From contig NC_087436.1 of assembly GCF_036321535.1 (NCBI RefSeq), positions 105,774,001 to 105,838,000 of the forward strand: a stretch of DNA of 64,000 bases. Reading direction: 5' to 3'. Below the pieces are notes generated by a model. The model was not told the DNA's origin. It saw only the letters and a list, made by a program, of their open reading frames with translations, and made no database searches. The DNA is from Camelus dromedarius (taxonomy: Eukaryota). Shown here piece after piece: positions 13,805 to 27,505 of this stretch. The stretch's first letter is position 1. Each line of letters begins with the position of its first letter. The position numbers were made by a program, and so were the translations under genes.

Positions 13805-14081
13805 ATCTGGAGAGGATGTGGAGAAAAGGGAACCCTCCTACACTGTTGGTGGGAATGTAAATTGATGCAGCCCCTATGGAGAATAGCATGGAGGCTCCTT
13901 AAAAAACTAAAAGTAGAGTTACCATAGGATCCAGCAATCTCATTCCTGGGAACATATCTGGAAAAGATAAAAACTCTAATTCAAAAAGGTACATACACCC
14001 CATTTTTCACAGCAGCACTATTTACAATAGCCAACACATAGAAGCAACCTAAGTGTCCATCCACAGATGGATAAAAAAGAT

Positions 14082-14114
<33 letters not shown>

Positions 14115-14160
14115 TATAATGGAATATTACTCAGCCATAAAAAGGAATGAAATATTGCCC
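13805..14160 (+). mobile_element. L1 ORF2 C-terminal fragment
   Basis: [17 protein letters not shown] and [12 protein letters not shown] in ORFs 13664 and 14053. Confidence 0.85.
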
Positions 14161-15099
14161 CTGCTCCTGATCATTTCTGAATTTTCCATTCTATGCATTG
14201 AATATACTCTTTCTGTTTCCATATTAATTCACAGCATGTTGATTACTGTAATTTAATTAAACATTTAAATGTTTGATAGGGATATTTCCCTTTATTATTT
14301 CTTTTTATCTGCAGATTTTTTCGTCTGGCTCTTATGTTTGTTTCTCTAGATGAACTTCAGAATGAGTGTGCTAAGTTTTTAAAAACCCTGCATTCTGACT
14401 TGCATTATACTGACTTTATAAATTAATTTCAGGAGAACTATCTCTCCATACCTATTAATAATATTCATATTTTTAAAATTCCCAGGCAAAAAGAACACAT
14501 GTCCATTAACACATTAAAACCTTCTTGAACAAAATAATATTGAATTATATTGCATACCTCTGATTAAGAGCTTGAGAAGGGAGGTCTCTTCTATAATTCT
14601 ATAATTACTATTTACAATTATTTTAACATGAATGAATTCATCCTATAAGCAATTATGAAGCACCTACTGCTTGTAGCACACACCATGTTAGACAATGAAA
14701 AGATAATGAAGCAAAGACGTGGTCCCTGCTCTGATACTGTATCAAAGTGGTCATTTCTAGTAGGGAGGACAGTCATATAAATAATTGCTGAATAAAGTGA
14801 CTACTATAATAAGAGCAGTACAGTGTGTTATAGAACATAGAATCACAGGGTTTGAAGAAGAGCTTACTTTCCCTAGGAGTTCCTTGAGGGTTTCTAAGAC
14901 AGGCCATGTCAACTAGATTCTGAGAAAAAGTGAGTGTTGGCCAATGAGGGTATTATCTATTCATGCTTTATGTATCTGCTGGAGTCTTGATATTACTCAA
15001 AACAAGTTTTTAAATGAAAATATCAAAATATTAAAAATGAATATGAGTATTCATTAAAAATCAAGTCTGATGTATAAGCAGATTTACATACAAGTAAAT

Positions 15100-15630
15100 T
15101 CTTTAGATTGTATAGATATGAATTTTCTACAGTTGTAATGTGATACAAATACTTTACTAGCCAGCTTTATTAATTTTCATGATACTGAAATTCAAAATTT
15201 TTAGAAAGTTCAATCTGTCATTTCCTGTTTAATCTCTCCTATTGTTCCAATCTTTCAAAAGCTACCATCTCAACAAAGAGCTAGTAAATGGGGTCCCATT
15301 TTGGCCACATTTCAATAATCACATGGAATTGCTGAACAGCATCCAAAAATCATGGGAAATTAAAAGTAGGTTTCCATTTTTTCATGAGTAAAAATTAAAA
15401 TAGAATAGACCAAAAAGAGATCTTGTGCATTGTCTCCAAGGATAATACAGAGGATGATGAAAACGATTTTCCATGTCCAAGAATTCTGATTAAAAGAAAA
15501 CAAGCTTACAGAAAAATAAAAAATTCTGCATGAGCACAGGGAAGAACTTATTTACTATCAGGGTGCTTGAACAATGGAATAAACTCTAGAATAAGGTGAA
15601 GGCCTCCATTCCCACAGGTTTTCTTTCCCA
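15100..15630 (+). mobile_element. Ancient CR1/L3-like fragment
   Basis: gggaagaacttatttactatcagggtgcttgaacaatggaat resembles the L3 3' region. Confidence 0.4.
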
Positions 15631-16999
15631 AGGTGATAGAAACCCTTTATACCAATGGCTTACAAATGGGAGTTCTTACTTTGTGTATCTTGAGGAAGAT
15701 AAGGGAAAAGGATAAGACTGTTAGCAGGAGACCAAGGACATGGGTGTATTGATTGAACACAAAGATCTGGAAAAACTAATTTATCCAGTTGACAACTGGC
15801 GTGTCAACGGCGGGGGGTTGCTGGCTCAGTTGATAGCTCAAGGTCTCTTTTCAATATTGGTAGAGATTAGTAGTCAAAGGGCAAGTCACATTTTTAAAAA
15901 TATCAATTTTGGTCACATTTTTGTGATTTTGTCATCTATGTTAATTCATATTTGGCCTTGGATAAATAGGTTCACAATGAACACTTTCCTCCAACTCCAA
16001 CATGGTCATGAAATTATGTAAAAGTAGAAAACTAAAAGCATTGAGAATATACTTTTTTTAAAATAAGGGAATAAAAAGTATGTTTTTCTGTGGTTTATAA
16101 ATGCTATGCTGGTAGGAAAGTTAGATAAAAATAGTTTAGCACACTCCCAAACTCCCAAATTAACCAAGTTTCTTTTCATAGGGCAGGCATATTCAGCATA
16201 TAAATCAATGGTCAAAATCTGGTCTTTAGTGACTTTGAAAATAGACATAAAATGCACATTTTACATTCTGAAAAGTCTTTAATTGACTAGTAGAGCCATA
16301 GTAAAAGGAGATTAGAAATTTTTCAGCTGCATAAGATTTTCAATGAGTTCCCTAAGAATGTGGGTGGATATCTTTGATTTTAAGATTGAGTCGATTAGTA
16401 AGAAGGAAATGTGGTGTCAGGCATTAGAACTTCATTTTTATTATCTAGCTTTTTTTGCAATTCATTTCCTTTCTGAATTGAAAAACATATTTTATAATAT
16501 CTTGGTTAATGAGAGCAGTGTTATATTTGACGGACTGGAGCTGGAGATCTTAGAGGAAGGGCAGCTATTGGCCGAGCCAGGCTTCATAAGGCTACATTGT
16601 ATTGATGGGGTCACTGGGGCCCAAAGTCCAGTAACTCAAGTTCATCAGATTCACTTAGACCCAGAGGGACTGACTCACACTAACAAACTCCCAATTCTCT
16701 GAGGTCAAGGATGGGAGGAGTGAGCACACACATCTGCCTTTCTTCCCCCACTAAATCCTATGAAATCACCATAGAGGTACTTTAAAAAAAATCTATAACA
16801 GTGTGGGGAAACAATAAAAAAGCTTCATTAATGAGCCAGAAATTTGGAATGATTCCTTAAAGAAGAAAAGCAAAAAGAGTCACACTTAAGAGAAATCTAA
16901 AAATCCTGTAGAACATTACAGATCAAAACACATACAAGAGAGGAATCACAGCATTGAGAGGACCAGTTTGGGGGCGCTCCATGCTTGGAACTAATGAAT

Positions 17000-18150
17000 G
17001 CAATTCACTGATTCATTCATTTACTCAGTAAATATTTGTCAAGCAGCTCTTATGGGTCAGGCAGTGTTCTAGGCATTTGGGGCACACTGATGAACAAAAC
17101 AAGGTTCTTGTCCTGTTGGAGCTTCTATTCTAGTGGACTGAGACAGACAAGACAAACTTAATAAATATTTCAGGATGGAGAAGAGGATGAATGCTATGGA
17201 AAATGAAAAAGTAGATGAGGGTAAAAGAGATTTGTTGTGGCGGGGTAGGAGGCAGGATATTTAATAAAGTGGTTAGGACAGGCTTCATTGAGAAGAGGAG
17301 TGAGCTATCTGGGGGAAGGGCATTCAAAGCAGAAGGAACAGTGAGTGTGAAGTCTCCAGGGTGGGAGAGGTGTGCCTGTCCTGTTCTAGGGACCCTGAGG
17401 AAGCTGGAATGGCTGTGGTGGAGTAAGCCAGGAGGAGAGTGGATGGAGATGAGGTCAAGAGGTCGCAGGGAGACTGTGTAGAACTTGTACGGACCTTGGG
17501 TTTTAATCTAAATGAAATGGGAGGCAGTGGCAGGGGAAAGTGTGTGGACGCGGAGAGAAGAGTGCATGATTTTGAGCAAAGGAGTGAAGTGATCTCATAT
17601 ACATTATAAAGGGCTTGATTCTGGGGGTCATGTTGAGAATAGACAGTAGGAGGTCAAGAACAGACACAGGATGATCAGTAATGCAGGTGAGAGAGGATGG
17701 CAGCTCTGACCAGCATGGAAGCTGTGGTGGTAATGAAAGTGATCAATTCTAATATATTCTGAAGGTAGAATGAACAGGATTTCCTGATGCATTGAGTGCA
17801 GAGTGTGAGGGAAAAAGTCACAGATGACACATATTTTCTGGCGTTGAGCACTGGTTAGATGCGGTTGTCCTCACCTGAAATAAAGACAGCTGCATGTCGA
17901 GTGAGTTTGGTGGAATTTGGGAGAGGTGGTTACGAGTTTCATTTTGGACATGTTGAGTTTGAAATATCAATTAGACTTTCAATTGCAGATGTCAATAGGC
18001 AGTTATCCAGGATCTGGAGTTTGGAAGAGAAGTCTGGGCTAGAGATACGCATCTGGGGCGTTGTTGGAACATGTATGATGTCTGAAGCCTTGAGGCTGAA
18101 TAAGATAACCAAATGGGAAAATACAGATATTGAAGGGAAAAGTGACATTA
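17000..18150 (-). mobile_element. L2 LINE
   Basis: (attc)n tail at ~17003-17020; ttttggacatgttgagtttgaaat; caggtgagagaggatgg. Confidence 0.85.
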
Positions 18151-18349
18151 ACTGATTAAAGAAGAAAAACCAGATAATCATCTTAATAGATGCCAAAAAC
18201 AATTGATAAACTTTAAACACTCATTCCCGATTAAGAAAACAACTATAAAGAAACTTCATTTAAGGGGGAGAAAAATATTTCAATATATAATGAAAGATAA
18301 TATCTTCTGTAGATGGAAGACTATGTTCTTTTCTTTGTTTTCTCTGCTT

Positions 18350-21300
18350 GACATTTCTCAAATTATAAAGCAATACAGTTTTATTGTAACAAGTAAACCA
18401 GTACAATGATGTGTAAAGGAAAAAGTTAATCATCATTTCAGCCCCATCTCAACCCTCTTTGAGGTAACAAATGTTAACAACCTGGCATTTATCCCTTCAC
18501 ATCTTTTTCATGGCTCATTCAGTATTACAAGCATTTATGAAGCCCACAGTTATAGTGGTTTGTTTATATGTGCTTTGTTTTGACAAAATAGAATCATACC
18601 ATACACATTACCAGCCTTTAAAAATTTAACAACATATCATGGACATCTCTGCAAATTTGTTGATAAAGATTCAACTCTAGCTTTTTCCCTTAATATATAT
18701 CACATACATACACACACACATTATACATGTATATATTTTATATACACATACTTGTGTATGTTTATGCTATAATCATGCTAGTTAAAAAAATTTAAATTAA
18801 AATTTTCTCCTTTATCCTTTCCCAGCATCTATCCAAGTCTAACCCCCCCATCCCCAATCTGGCATAGCTTTTGTCAACAACACCCTGTAGAGCATTTCAT
18901 GCTTTTTCCCTAAGCTCATGTTATCATAAGCAAACTGAAGTTTGCATACAAATACATACATTTACACATATACACATGCTCATACATACATACATACACT
19001 CATACACTAGTTTATAGCTGGGAACCATAATATGCACAAGTGTCAGCATCTTGCATTTATCACTCAACATCCTGAAGAAATTCTTTTAATTCATGGGGAG
19101 TAGTTCTAATTCCTTCTTCTTAGTAGCTGCATAGTATTTTATGATGTAGCTACCACACACAACTTATTCAATCATTTCCTTATGGATGCATATTCACTTT
19201 GTTTTAGTTTTTTGCTACTATAATTCTGCAATAAATAAGTTTACATATAGCTTTCCATACTGGTTCTTTTATTCCTACTGGCTACATTCCCAGCAGTGCA
19301 ATCATTGGGTCAAAGGGTATGTGGATTCTTTAATAGATGCTGTTAGGTCTTTTTTTTTCCAAAAGGCAATAACAATTCACATTTTCACAAGCAATGCATG
19401 AGACTGCAATAGATAAAATCATTCTTTTTAATTTTTTGCCTGTCTGATGGGTGTAATGTCTCATTATTATTTTAATTTGCAGTTTCCTGACCACTGGTGA
19501 GTTTGCGTACCTTTTAATATGTTTATTAGCCATTCGGTTTTGCTATTCTGTGAATTGCCTGTTTATACACTCTGCTCTCTTTAAAAATTGGAAGGGTTTA
19601 TCCTTTTTTTATCACTTTGTAAGAATTTGTTGCATATAAGAAATACTAACCCTTTATCTATACTTGAATTATATGTATTTTTCTAAATGCATATTTTGAC
19701 TTTTGACTTTGTTTATGGTGTCTTTTGCCACATAAGTTTTACATTTTACATTTCAGATAGTCAAATATGTCTGCCTTTTATACTTTCCAGGTTTCTGATT
19801 TTAGTTTAAAAGGTGTTCTCTGTCCCCTACATTTCCATGCAGTCACCTAAGTGTTCTCCTAAGATTTATTGTTTGCATTTAAGTTTTTAATCCACTTGGA
19901 ATTTATTTTTGGATTTGTTGTGAAATTGGGATGCAAGTTCATTTTGTTCTAGATGAACAGCCAGTTATGCCAGCACTATTTATTAAATAAACCATTTTTT
20001 TCCCACAGAATTGAAATACTACCTTTGTCACATATTAAATGATGATATATGCTGAGATCTATTTTTGGATCCGCTCTTCTGTTCCACTGATTTGTCTACT
20101 CCTACGCCAATACCATGCTGGTTGTATTACTGTGATTCTTATTACAGTGGCTTTCAGTTCAAGGCAAGTCTCTCATTATTTATCTTCTTTATAGTTTTCT
20201 TTGCTATTCAGGCATTTATATTTCCATATGGATTTTAAAATAATTGTATCCAACTCCCAACCCCCACTCCCCCACCAAAAACCTGTTAGGATAATAAACA
20301 AATTGCGTTATATTTGTTTATGGTGAATATTGTTATTTTTTACCTATAAGATTCAGTATATATTTCTTTAAAAAAGAAATACCATTATCACATCTTAAAA
20401 ATTAACAACAATTTCTTGAGATAATTAAATGTCTAGTCACTGTTTAAATCTCCTCAAGTACCTCATGATCATTTAGCCTACTTGTTAGACTCAGGGTCAA
20501 CATAAGGCCATAAATTGCAGTTGCTGGTGGCAGGTCTTTAAATATTTTTTTAACCTATATACTACTTCTCTGTCACACTTTTTCTTTGCAATTACTGAAG
20601 AAAATGGGCTGTGTTTTCAGTAGCATTTCTTAACCTGAATTTTGATAATTGCACCTCTGCGGTGTTATTTCATGTAAACCTCTGTCCCCTGCAGCTTCTG
20701 CATATTGGTGGTTAGTTAGAACTTAGAAGTTTGATCAGACTCAGGTTCAATTTTCTGGCAAATATTCTTCACAGAAGACAGCACAGGAGGTCTGACTGTC
20801 TCTCTCTGTTGCTCAGCACGCCTCTGTCCATGGATTTGTCAGAACTTGCACGGTGGTGATGTATGGATTCCATCATTCCTTCTTCGTTAACGGAAGCAGC
20901 TTTAGACATTTCTTCTACAAAGGTGCTTCAATCACCTGAGAACTTGGAGATACAGGTTATGCAGAAGAAGATAAGGGGTTGACTTCAGAAGAACTGACTT
21001 CCTAGAATTTTTTTAAATGTGATCACTAAGTTTTGTTTTGTTAGCTTTGTTATGAACTAGTGGGCATAATCATACTGGATGTATTAAAATCTCTCATAGT
21101 TACTATTCTTATGTTTCAGTGGCCTTTGAAAGCCTCTTCTGGTTGGTTTGTGAGGCCTTTGGACACAGCCCTGGGAATATTTAAGGTCGCACCAGAGGGC
21201 AGGAAGCTCAGTGACTCAGGGCAGGTGGTGTGTTTCCTGCCCTAGATCTGTCACAGCTGTAGTCCAAGGGGCCCTGTGGCCTCCTAGGTGAGATGGAATT

Positions 21301-22090
21301 TTGGAACACCATCTGGGCACTTGATGTTGCTAGCTTAGTCACTGTTTCTGGACTTTTTCAGTGGGCAGAGTAGAAAATGGTGTTTGTTGGCTAAGATTAC
21401 ATGTCATGAGTTTATACTAACAGTTTCTATTCAAATTAAAGGCTATAGGGTTATTACTTAACTCATTGATCTCATTTCTACCATGCCAAAAAATTTCGGT
21501 TGTTGACAATCCCAACAGAATTACTTACTTACTTTAGGCCCTCTGTGTATACTGAAGTCTCAAAGTAACGGTCTCAAACTGCCTCAAAAACGTAGGATTT
21601 GTGAGATCAGGTTAAGATATTTTTTTGCAATTCTTTTTTTGTCCTTAAGGCATATCCCACTAGGGATGGGGTATCAAATTACCATGTTTTAAAAGTCACT
21701 TTAAATTTGTTCTCTCTAGGTAGCTGTGCCACCAACCTGATTCTAGTTGGGTTGGGTTCATTGGTTTTATTTTACATTCAGTGTTTAGGGAATGCTTTTT
21801 AAGAATTTAAGCTTGATGTATAACTGTGTAAAATATATACAGTTTTAAAGTCAAATCTAAAAGCAGGGTATATTCAGAAAAGCCCAGCTTCCATCTGAGC
21901 TTGTTCACTACTTCCCTACAGGAAGTTATTTAAGACTGCTTTTATAGTTAACTTTGCATTTTTAAATTTAAATAGTTATAGTTCTATGCACATGTGTATA
22001 CATACATAGCATGTATATATGTGTAAGTGTATCTCCCTTTTCTTAAATAATATAAAATCATATATACTTCTCTCCATCTTGTTTTCTCAT
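18350..22090 (-). mobile_element. Cluster of old L1ME/L1MC fragments
   Basis: Minus-strand ORF MANKHIKRYANSPVVRKLQIK (19330-19533); gttatgccagcactatttattaaataa; ctgttccactgatt. Confidence 0.7.
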
Positions 22091-22579
22091 ATAACAAACT
22101 ATCTCAGAGATCCGTCTATCTCCTTAACCTTTAGAATTTTAATGTTTTCATCCAAAAGAGTTCCCAACTCCTTCTAGTTTATCAGCCTTGAATTGGCCAG
22201 CCTGTCTTTCATTGGGTCTTCAAATGCCCAATCCAGTTGTATCATGCATTCTCCTCTTTCAGGCTATCAAAAGCATCCAGCAGCTGACAAGTAACATTTT
22301 ATGAAATTAACTTTCCCCATCCAAGGGCAAGGTATACACAAACATAAGGATATCATTTATATCTTGTATTAGTACATAAATTTAATTCAATCCCAACCCA
22401 AAACCCAACAGGACTTTTTAAGAGAATTGATTAAGCTGGCTATAGAATTTATATGAACGAGAAAGGGATCCAAATGGCCATGAAAGATTTGAAATAAAAA
22501 GAAAAATGAGGGAAGACTTTCCCTACTAGATATTGGAACACTGAGTCTATGGTATAGCTAGTTTACTAACATACTGTAC

Positions 22580-23860
22580 AGACTCTGCTCCTGGCCATGA
22601 TGAAACAACAGGGTCCAGATTCAGACTCCTCCCTATATAATGAAATCACTGTAAAAAGTATGTAAAACAACAGTTTAAAGGTATTGGACAACATGTAGCA
22701 CAGAGAAAGAAAAAAAAATGTGAACCCTAAGATTGCCTGAGCGTTCTGCCTGGAGAGAACTTAGCTGCAGCACAGGAAGGAGCACCTAAACAGAGTGGCC
22801 TCTGACCCCTGAGGAGGTCAAGGCAGCTGGAATTTATGGAGCAGGCCACAGATAAAGAGCCCAGAGAGAGCCTGGAAGATCAGCAGAGAGTTCTCCTTGA
22901 GGGTTCAGCTCAGTACTCATCAGTACATGTGTGTCTTAGCTCAGATGCAGTAACAAAAGGCCATTGACTGAGTGGCTTCAATAACAAACATTTATTTCTC
23001 TACAGCAGTTATTTTGTAATAACTTTAAGTGGAGCATAATCCATAAAAATATTGAATCAATATGTGTACACCTGAAACTAATATAATATTGTAAATTAAC
23101 TATATTTCAATAAATTTTTTTAAGAAAACATATATTTCTCACAGTTCTGAAGCCTAGAAGTCTGAGATCAGGGTGCCTGGTTGGCTTCTTGGTTAGAGCT
23201 TTCCTTCTGTTTATATCCTTGGTGTACACACGCAGAGGGACTGAGATGCCCTGTCTCCTCCTCTTTTTATAACGGCATTAATCCCATCATAAGGGCCCCA
23301 CCCACATGATCTCATCTAAACCTAATTATGTCCCAAAGGCCCCACCTCTAAATGCCATCACATTGAGGGTTAGGGGTTCAATGTGTGAATTTGGGGGGCA
23401 CAAGCATTCAGTCCATAGCAGTGTGTGTGAGAAAACTACATGAGGTTAGGGGAAGACCACCAGAAAAGATTAGGCAGAATAATTCCCAGAATTAGCCCTA
23501 GACTAACGGCTTTTATGAACCCAACTAACAAAGGAAAAACACAAGTTTTGAAAGGATTGAATTCCTTCCAAGTAACTTAACTGTGTCCTAGAATAGAGCC
23601 CCAAACTATTCAAAGGAAAAAAAAAATATCCACTATCAAACAAGACAAAATTCAAAGTATTTACATCCAATAAAAATTTACCAGGCATGCAAAGAAGCAG
23701 AATAATGTAACTCATAATGATGAGAAAAATTAATCAATAAAACAGAGCCAGAAATAACACATGATAAAATTAGTAGATGATGGCATTAAATTATATTCAA
23801 GAAGGTGGAGGAAAGCATGAGCATGTTAAGGAGAGACATGGAAGATACAGAAAAGCCTCA
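22580..23860 (+). mobile_element. Old L1M 5' region (5' UTR/ORF1 start), interrupted
   Basis: aaaaatttaccaggcatgcaaagaagcag and aaaattagtagat recalled from L1M 5' ends. Confidence 0.55.
22932..23420 (-). mobile_element. MLT1A-like solo LTR containing a 125-bp + strand L1 3' end (23001-23125)
   Basis: TG...CA ends (cattcagtccatagca); inner insert flanked by 15-bp TSD aaacatttatttctc/aaacatatatttctc (22986-23000, 23126-23140). Confidence 0.85.
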
Positions 23861-24456
23861 CAGCAGACTCCTAGTGATTGGGTCTTGGAGGCTGGGCCAT
23901 GCATTAAATCAGCCTTTGGTGAATTGGCTTTTAGAAAATTGGCTTTTGGAGACCTGACCAAGAACTGTATCTTAGATGTGAGACTGATAGTGGGACTAAT
24001 ATTTCTTCCCTCTCTGAATGGAAGTAGCACAGCTTGGAAACTGCAGGCCTCCCCCCTCTTTTGGGGGGAATGGGGCGGGGCTGGGTGGTGAGAAAAGGGT
24101 GGGTGCCCTGTCTCAGCAAACTTCCTCTGAGGAGCGGGACTGAAGGAAGAGAATGGACTCCTTTGTTGGTGTGCAGATCCAAGAGAACAAGAACCAAAAG
24201 GCTGATTGCTCAGTGACATTTATTTCACCCAACTGAGAAACATGGACAAATCACCCTCGATGGTACTTCCCCAAGAGGAAGATGTGCCTTAAAAGAGTGT
24301 AAAGCTGGCGATGGAAAGAGAAGCTGTCCCCACCTAGTTTTACTAGGGGACACCTAGTGAATTCCAGGCATTGTGCTGAGGCTTCAAGCTTGGGTACCAC
24401 GTGGCCACTGTTCTCAAGTCTCTCACAGTGTGATGGGCTTGCCTTCTTCACTTTCT

Positions 24457-25801
24457 TTTTTTTTTTTTCTCATTCTAAATCTTTTTTTTTTTTTTTTTTT
24501 TGCAGGCACCATGTTGCCCATTGTAAATATTTAATTGAGATCTCATAGTTTTATTTTATTCTATTTTTGTAACATATTTTATTGAGTTATAGTCATTTTA
24601 CAATGTTGTGTCAAATTCCGGTGTAGAGCACAATTTTTCAATTATATATGAACATACATATAATAATTGTCACATTTTTCTTCGCTGTGAGCTACCACAA
24701 GATCTTGTATACATCTCCCTGTGCTATACAGTATAATCTTGTTTATCTATTCTGCATATGCCTGTCAGTATCTACAAATTCTGAAATCCCAGTCTGTCCC
24801 TTCCTACCCCCACCCCCTTGGCAACCACAAGTTTGTATTCTATATCTATGAGTCTGTTTCTGTTTTGTATTTATGTTCTTTTTTTTTTTTTTTTTTAGAT
24901 TCCACATATGCGTGATCTCATATGGTATTTTTCTTTCTCTTTCTGGCTTACTTCACTTAGAATGATATTCTCCAGGAACATCCATGTTGCTGCAAATGGC
25001 GTTGTCATTTTTATGGCTGAATAGTATTCCATTGTACAAATATACCACATCTTCTTTATCCAGTCATCTGCTGATGTACATTTAGGCTGTTTCCATGTCT
25101 TGGCTATTGTAAATAGTGCTGCCATGAACATTGGGGTGCTGGTGTCTTTTTGAAGTAGGGTTCCTTCTGGATATATGCCCAGGAGCGGGATTTCTGGGTC
25201 ATATGGTAAGTCTATTTCTAGTCTTTTGAGGAATCTCCATACTGTTTTCCACAGTGGCTGCACCAAACTGCATTCCCACCAGCAGTGTAGGAGGGTTCCC
25301 TTTTCTCCACAGCCTCTCCAGCATTTGTCATTTGTGGACTTTTGAATGATGGCCATTCTGGCTGGTGTGAGATGATACCTCATCATAGTTTTGATTTGCA
25401 TTTCTCTGATAATTAGTGATATTGAGCATTTTTTCATGTGCCTATTGATCATTTGTATTTCTTCCTTGGAGAATTGGTTGTTTAGGTCCTCTGCCCATTT
25501 TTGGATTGGGTTGTTTGTTTTTTTCTTATTATGTTGTATGAGCTGCTTATATATTCTGGAGAGCAAGCCTTTGTTGGTTTCATTGTTTGCAAAAATTTTC
25601 TCCCATTCTGTAGGTTGTCGTTTTGTTTTACTTATGGCTTCCTGTGCTGTGTAGAAGCTTGTAAGTTTAATTAGGTCTCATTTGTTTATTCTTGCTTTTA
25701 TTTCTATTGCTTGGGTAGACTGCCCTAGGACAGCATTTTTGAGATGTATGTCAGATAATGTTCTGCCTATATTTTCTTCTAGGAGGTTTATTGTATCTTG
25801 T
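24457..25801 (-). mobile_element. Young 5'-truncated L1 (ORF2 C-terminus with CCHC motif, 3' UTR, polyA)
   Basis: Uninterrupted 223-aa ORF 24895-25566 with [18 protein letters not shown]; 15-bp TSD ccttcttcactttct/ccttcctcactttct (24442-24456, 25802-25816). Confidence 0.95.
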
Positions 25802-26339
25802 CCTTCCTCACTTTCTGTTCCTTTTTGTTTTCTTTATAGGCTCCCATTCTTCTTACTTCCTTTTAAAAAAATTCAGCACCTGTAGGGGGCTGATAACAAG
25901 GTGCTCTGAGCTTCTTACTGCTCTGTTTATACAGTTTTCATGCTGGGGGTAGAAACTGGTACAAATTATTAGAGCCTAGAGCAGGATCTTCCTTAGACCC
26001 TGGGAGCTGGGCTCCTGCCCTGAGCCCTGGGCTCCACAGGGCTCCACTGGGGCTCTTCTCTGGCAATGCTCACCCACTTGACCAGGTCTCTTGGCCAGGT
26101 GTCTACAGGGCTAAGGAAGTGTGGCTGCTTGGAGTCTGTGCCCATGGGAACCTAGACCAGAGCCATCACAGTTGTGCTGGGGTGTCCATACAGGGAGGAG
26201 AGAGAAGGTGTGTATACTACAGGCCAGGAGCATTCATTGATATCCTTGTCCCAGATCCCTCCGATGTTTGCAGTAGTTGACTGGCAATCCAGAAGTGGCC
26301 TGACTTCTTGCTGGGGGAACTCAATATTATTTTTTACCA

Positions 26340-27505
26340 GCTAACCCTGGACAGTGTATCAGAACTCATGATTTCACCTATTACTCTGTGTCATGTCTCT
26401 TAGTAAAACCAAAATAGAACTTGTGATTCATTCCCTCCAACCCACCCACCACAATCCTCCCATCTTAATAAACAGCTCTAGATTGATCAGACATTCTATA
26501 CTCTTCTATCTGTTACCGTGAACTTCCACTGAGATAATCCATTAGCACATCCTGTTGACTCTGCCTTTAAAATATCCTTCCTTTTTTTTTTTAATCTTTT
26601 TTGGGAGGGGGAGGTAATTAGGTTTATTTGTTTATTTTTTAAATAGAGGTACTGAGGCTTGAACCTGGGACCTTGCCTGTGTATGCTAAGCATGCGCTCT
26701 ACCACTGGGCTATACACTCTCCACTGCCTTTAAAATAGATCCCAAATCCAACTACATCTTTGCTTTATTGCCACCATCCCAGGTGTAGTCACCATTATTT
26801 CTCACCTGAGCTACTTTGATAGCTTTTTACAACAGTTTCCCTGCTCTCACTTTTGCCTTTTCCTCCCAACGTTGGTTCTCCAACAACAAATAAAGCAACT
26901 TATTAAAAAGTAAAACATGATACTACTCCCTTGTTTAAAATCCTCTGATGGATTTCCATTGAAATTAGAATTAATCCAAACTCCTTACACTGATACTTGG
27001 GTCCTACACAATCTGACCCCCTGCCTACTGCAATGGTCCCCTCTTAGGCTGCTCCCTGTTGGTCACCACCTCCTTCCATTCTGGCTTTTTTTCTATTTTT
27101 ACACACTCATACTCATTTCCTTCCCTATACATGCTTTTTTTTTTTCCTGCCTGGAATATTGTTACAAAGTTCTTGAAAGGCTAGGTGTCTCTTATCCTGG
27201 CTCAAATGTCATCTTCCAAGAGAAGCTTTTCCCAGCCACCTTCTCAGTGTAGTCCATCATACATGTAGCACCTCCAGTCACTCTGTCAGACTAGCCTCTT
27301 TTTTCTTCATAGCATCCATCAATATCTGAAATTCTCTTACTCATTTCATGCTTATTGTTGGTTACCCTCCACTAGAATATAAGTGCCACAAGGGAAGGGA
27401 TCTTTTTAATTAATTTTTTTATCACTATAGCCTTAGCTTCCAGAATGGTTCTTGATATCTAGTTGGTGCTAAATAAATAATTGTTGAATGAATGAATGAA
27501 TGAGT
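26340..27505 (+). mobile_element. L2 LINE 3' part (hosts a SINE)
   Basis: Ends aataaataattgttgaatgaatgaatga; ggctcaaatgtcatcttcc. Confidence 0.8.
26575..26723 (-). mobile_element. tRNA-Ala-derived SINE (camelid Vic-1-like)
   Basis: Reverse complement GGAGAGTGTATAGCCCAGTGGTAGAGCGCATGCTTAGCA...GGTTCAAG with A/B boxes; TSD ctgcctttaaaata at 26561-26574 and 26724-26737. Confidence 0.9.

Noticed and set aside
16343..16702. 119-aa ORF in unique sequence
   Set aside because: No recognisable domain, promoter or splice context; length within chance range
24895..25566. Longest ORF in the window (223 aa) as a host gene
   Set aside because: It is the L1 ORF2 C-terminus of a 5'-truncated insertion, with no promoter or true start
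26640..26723. tRNA-Ala gene (also at 36.4, 45.1 and 48.4 kb)
   Set aside because: SINE heads with A-rich tails and TSDs, each carrying substitutions; not tRNA genes
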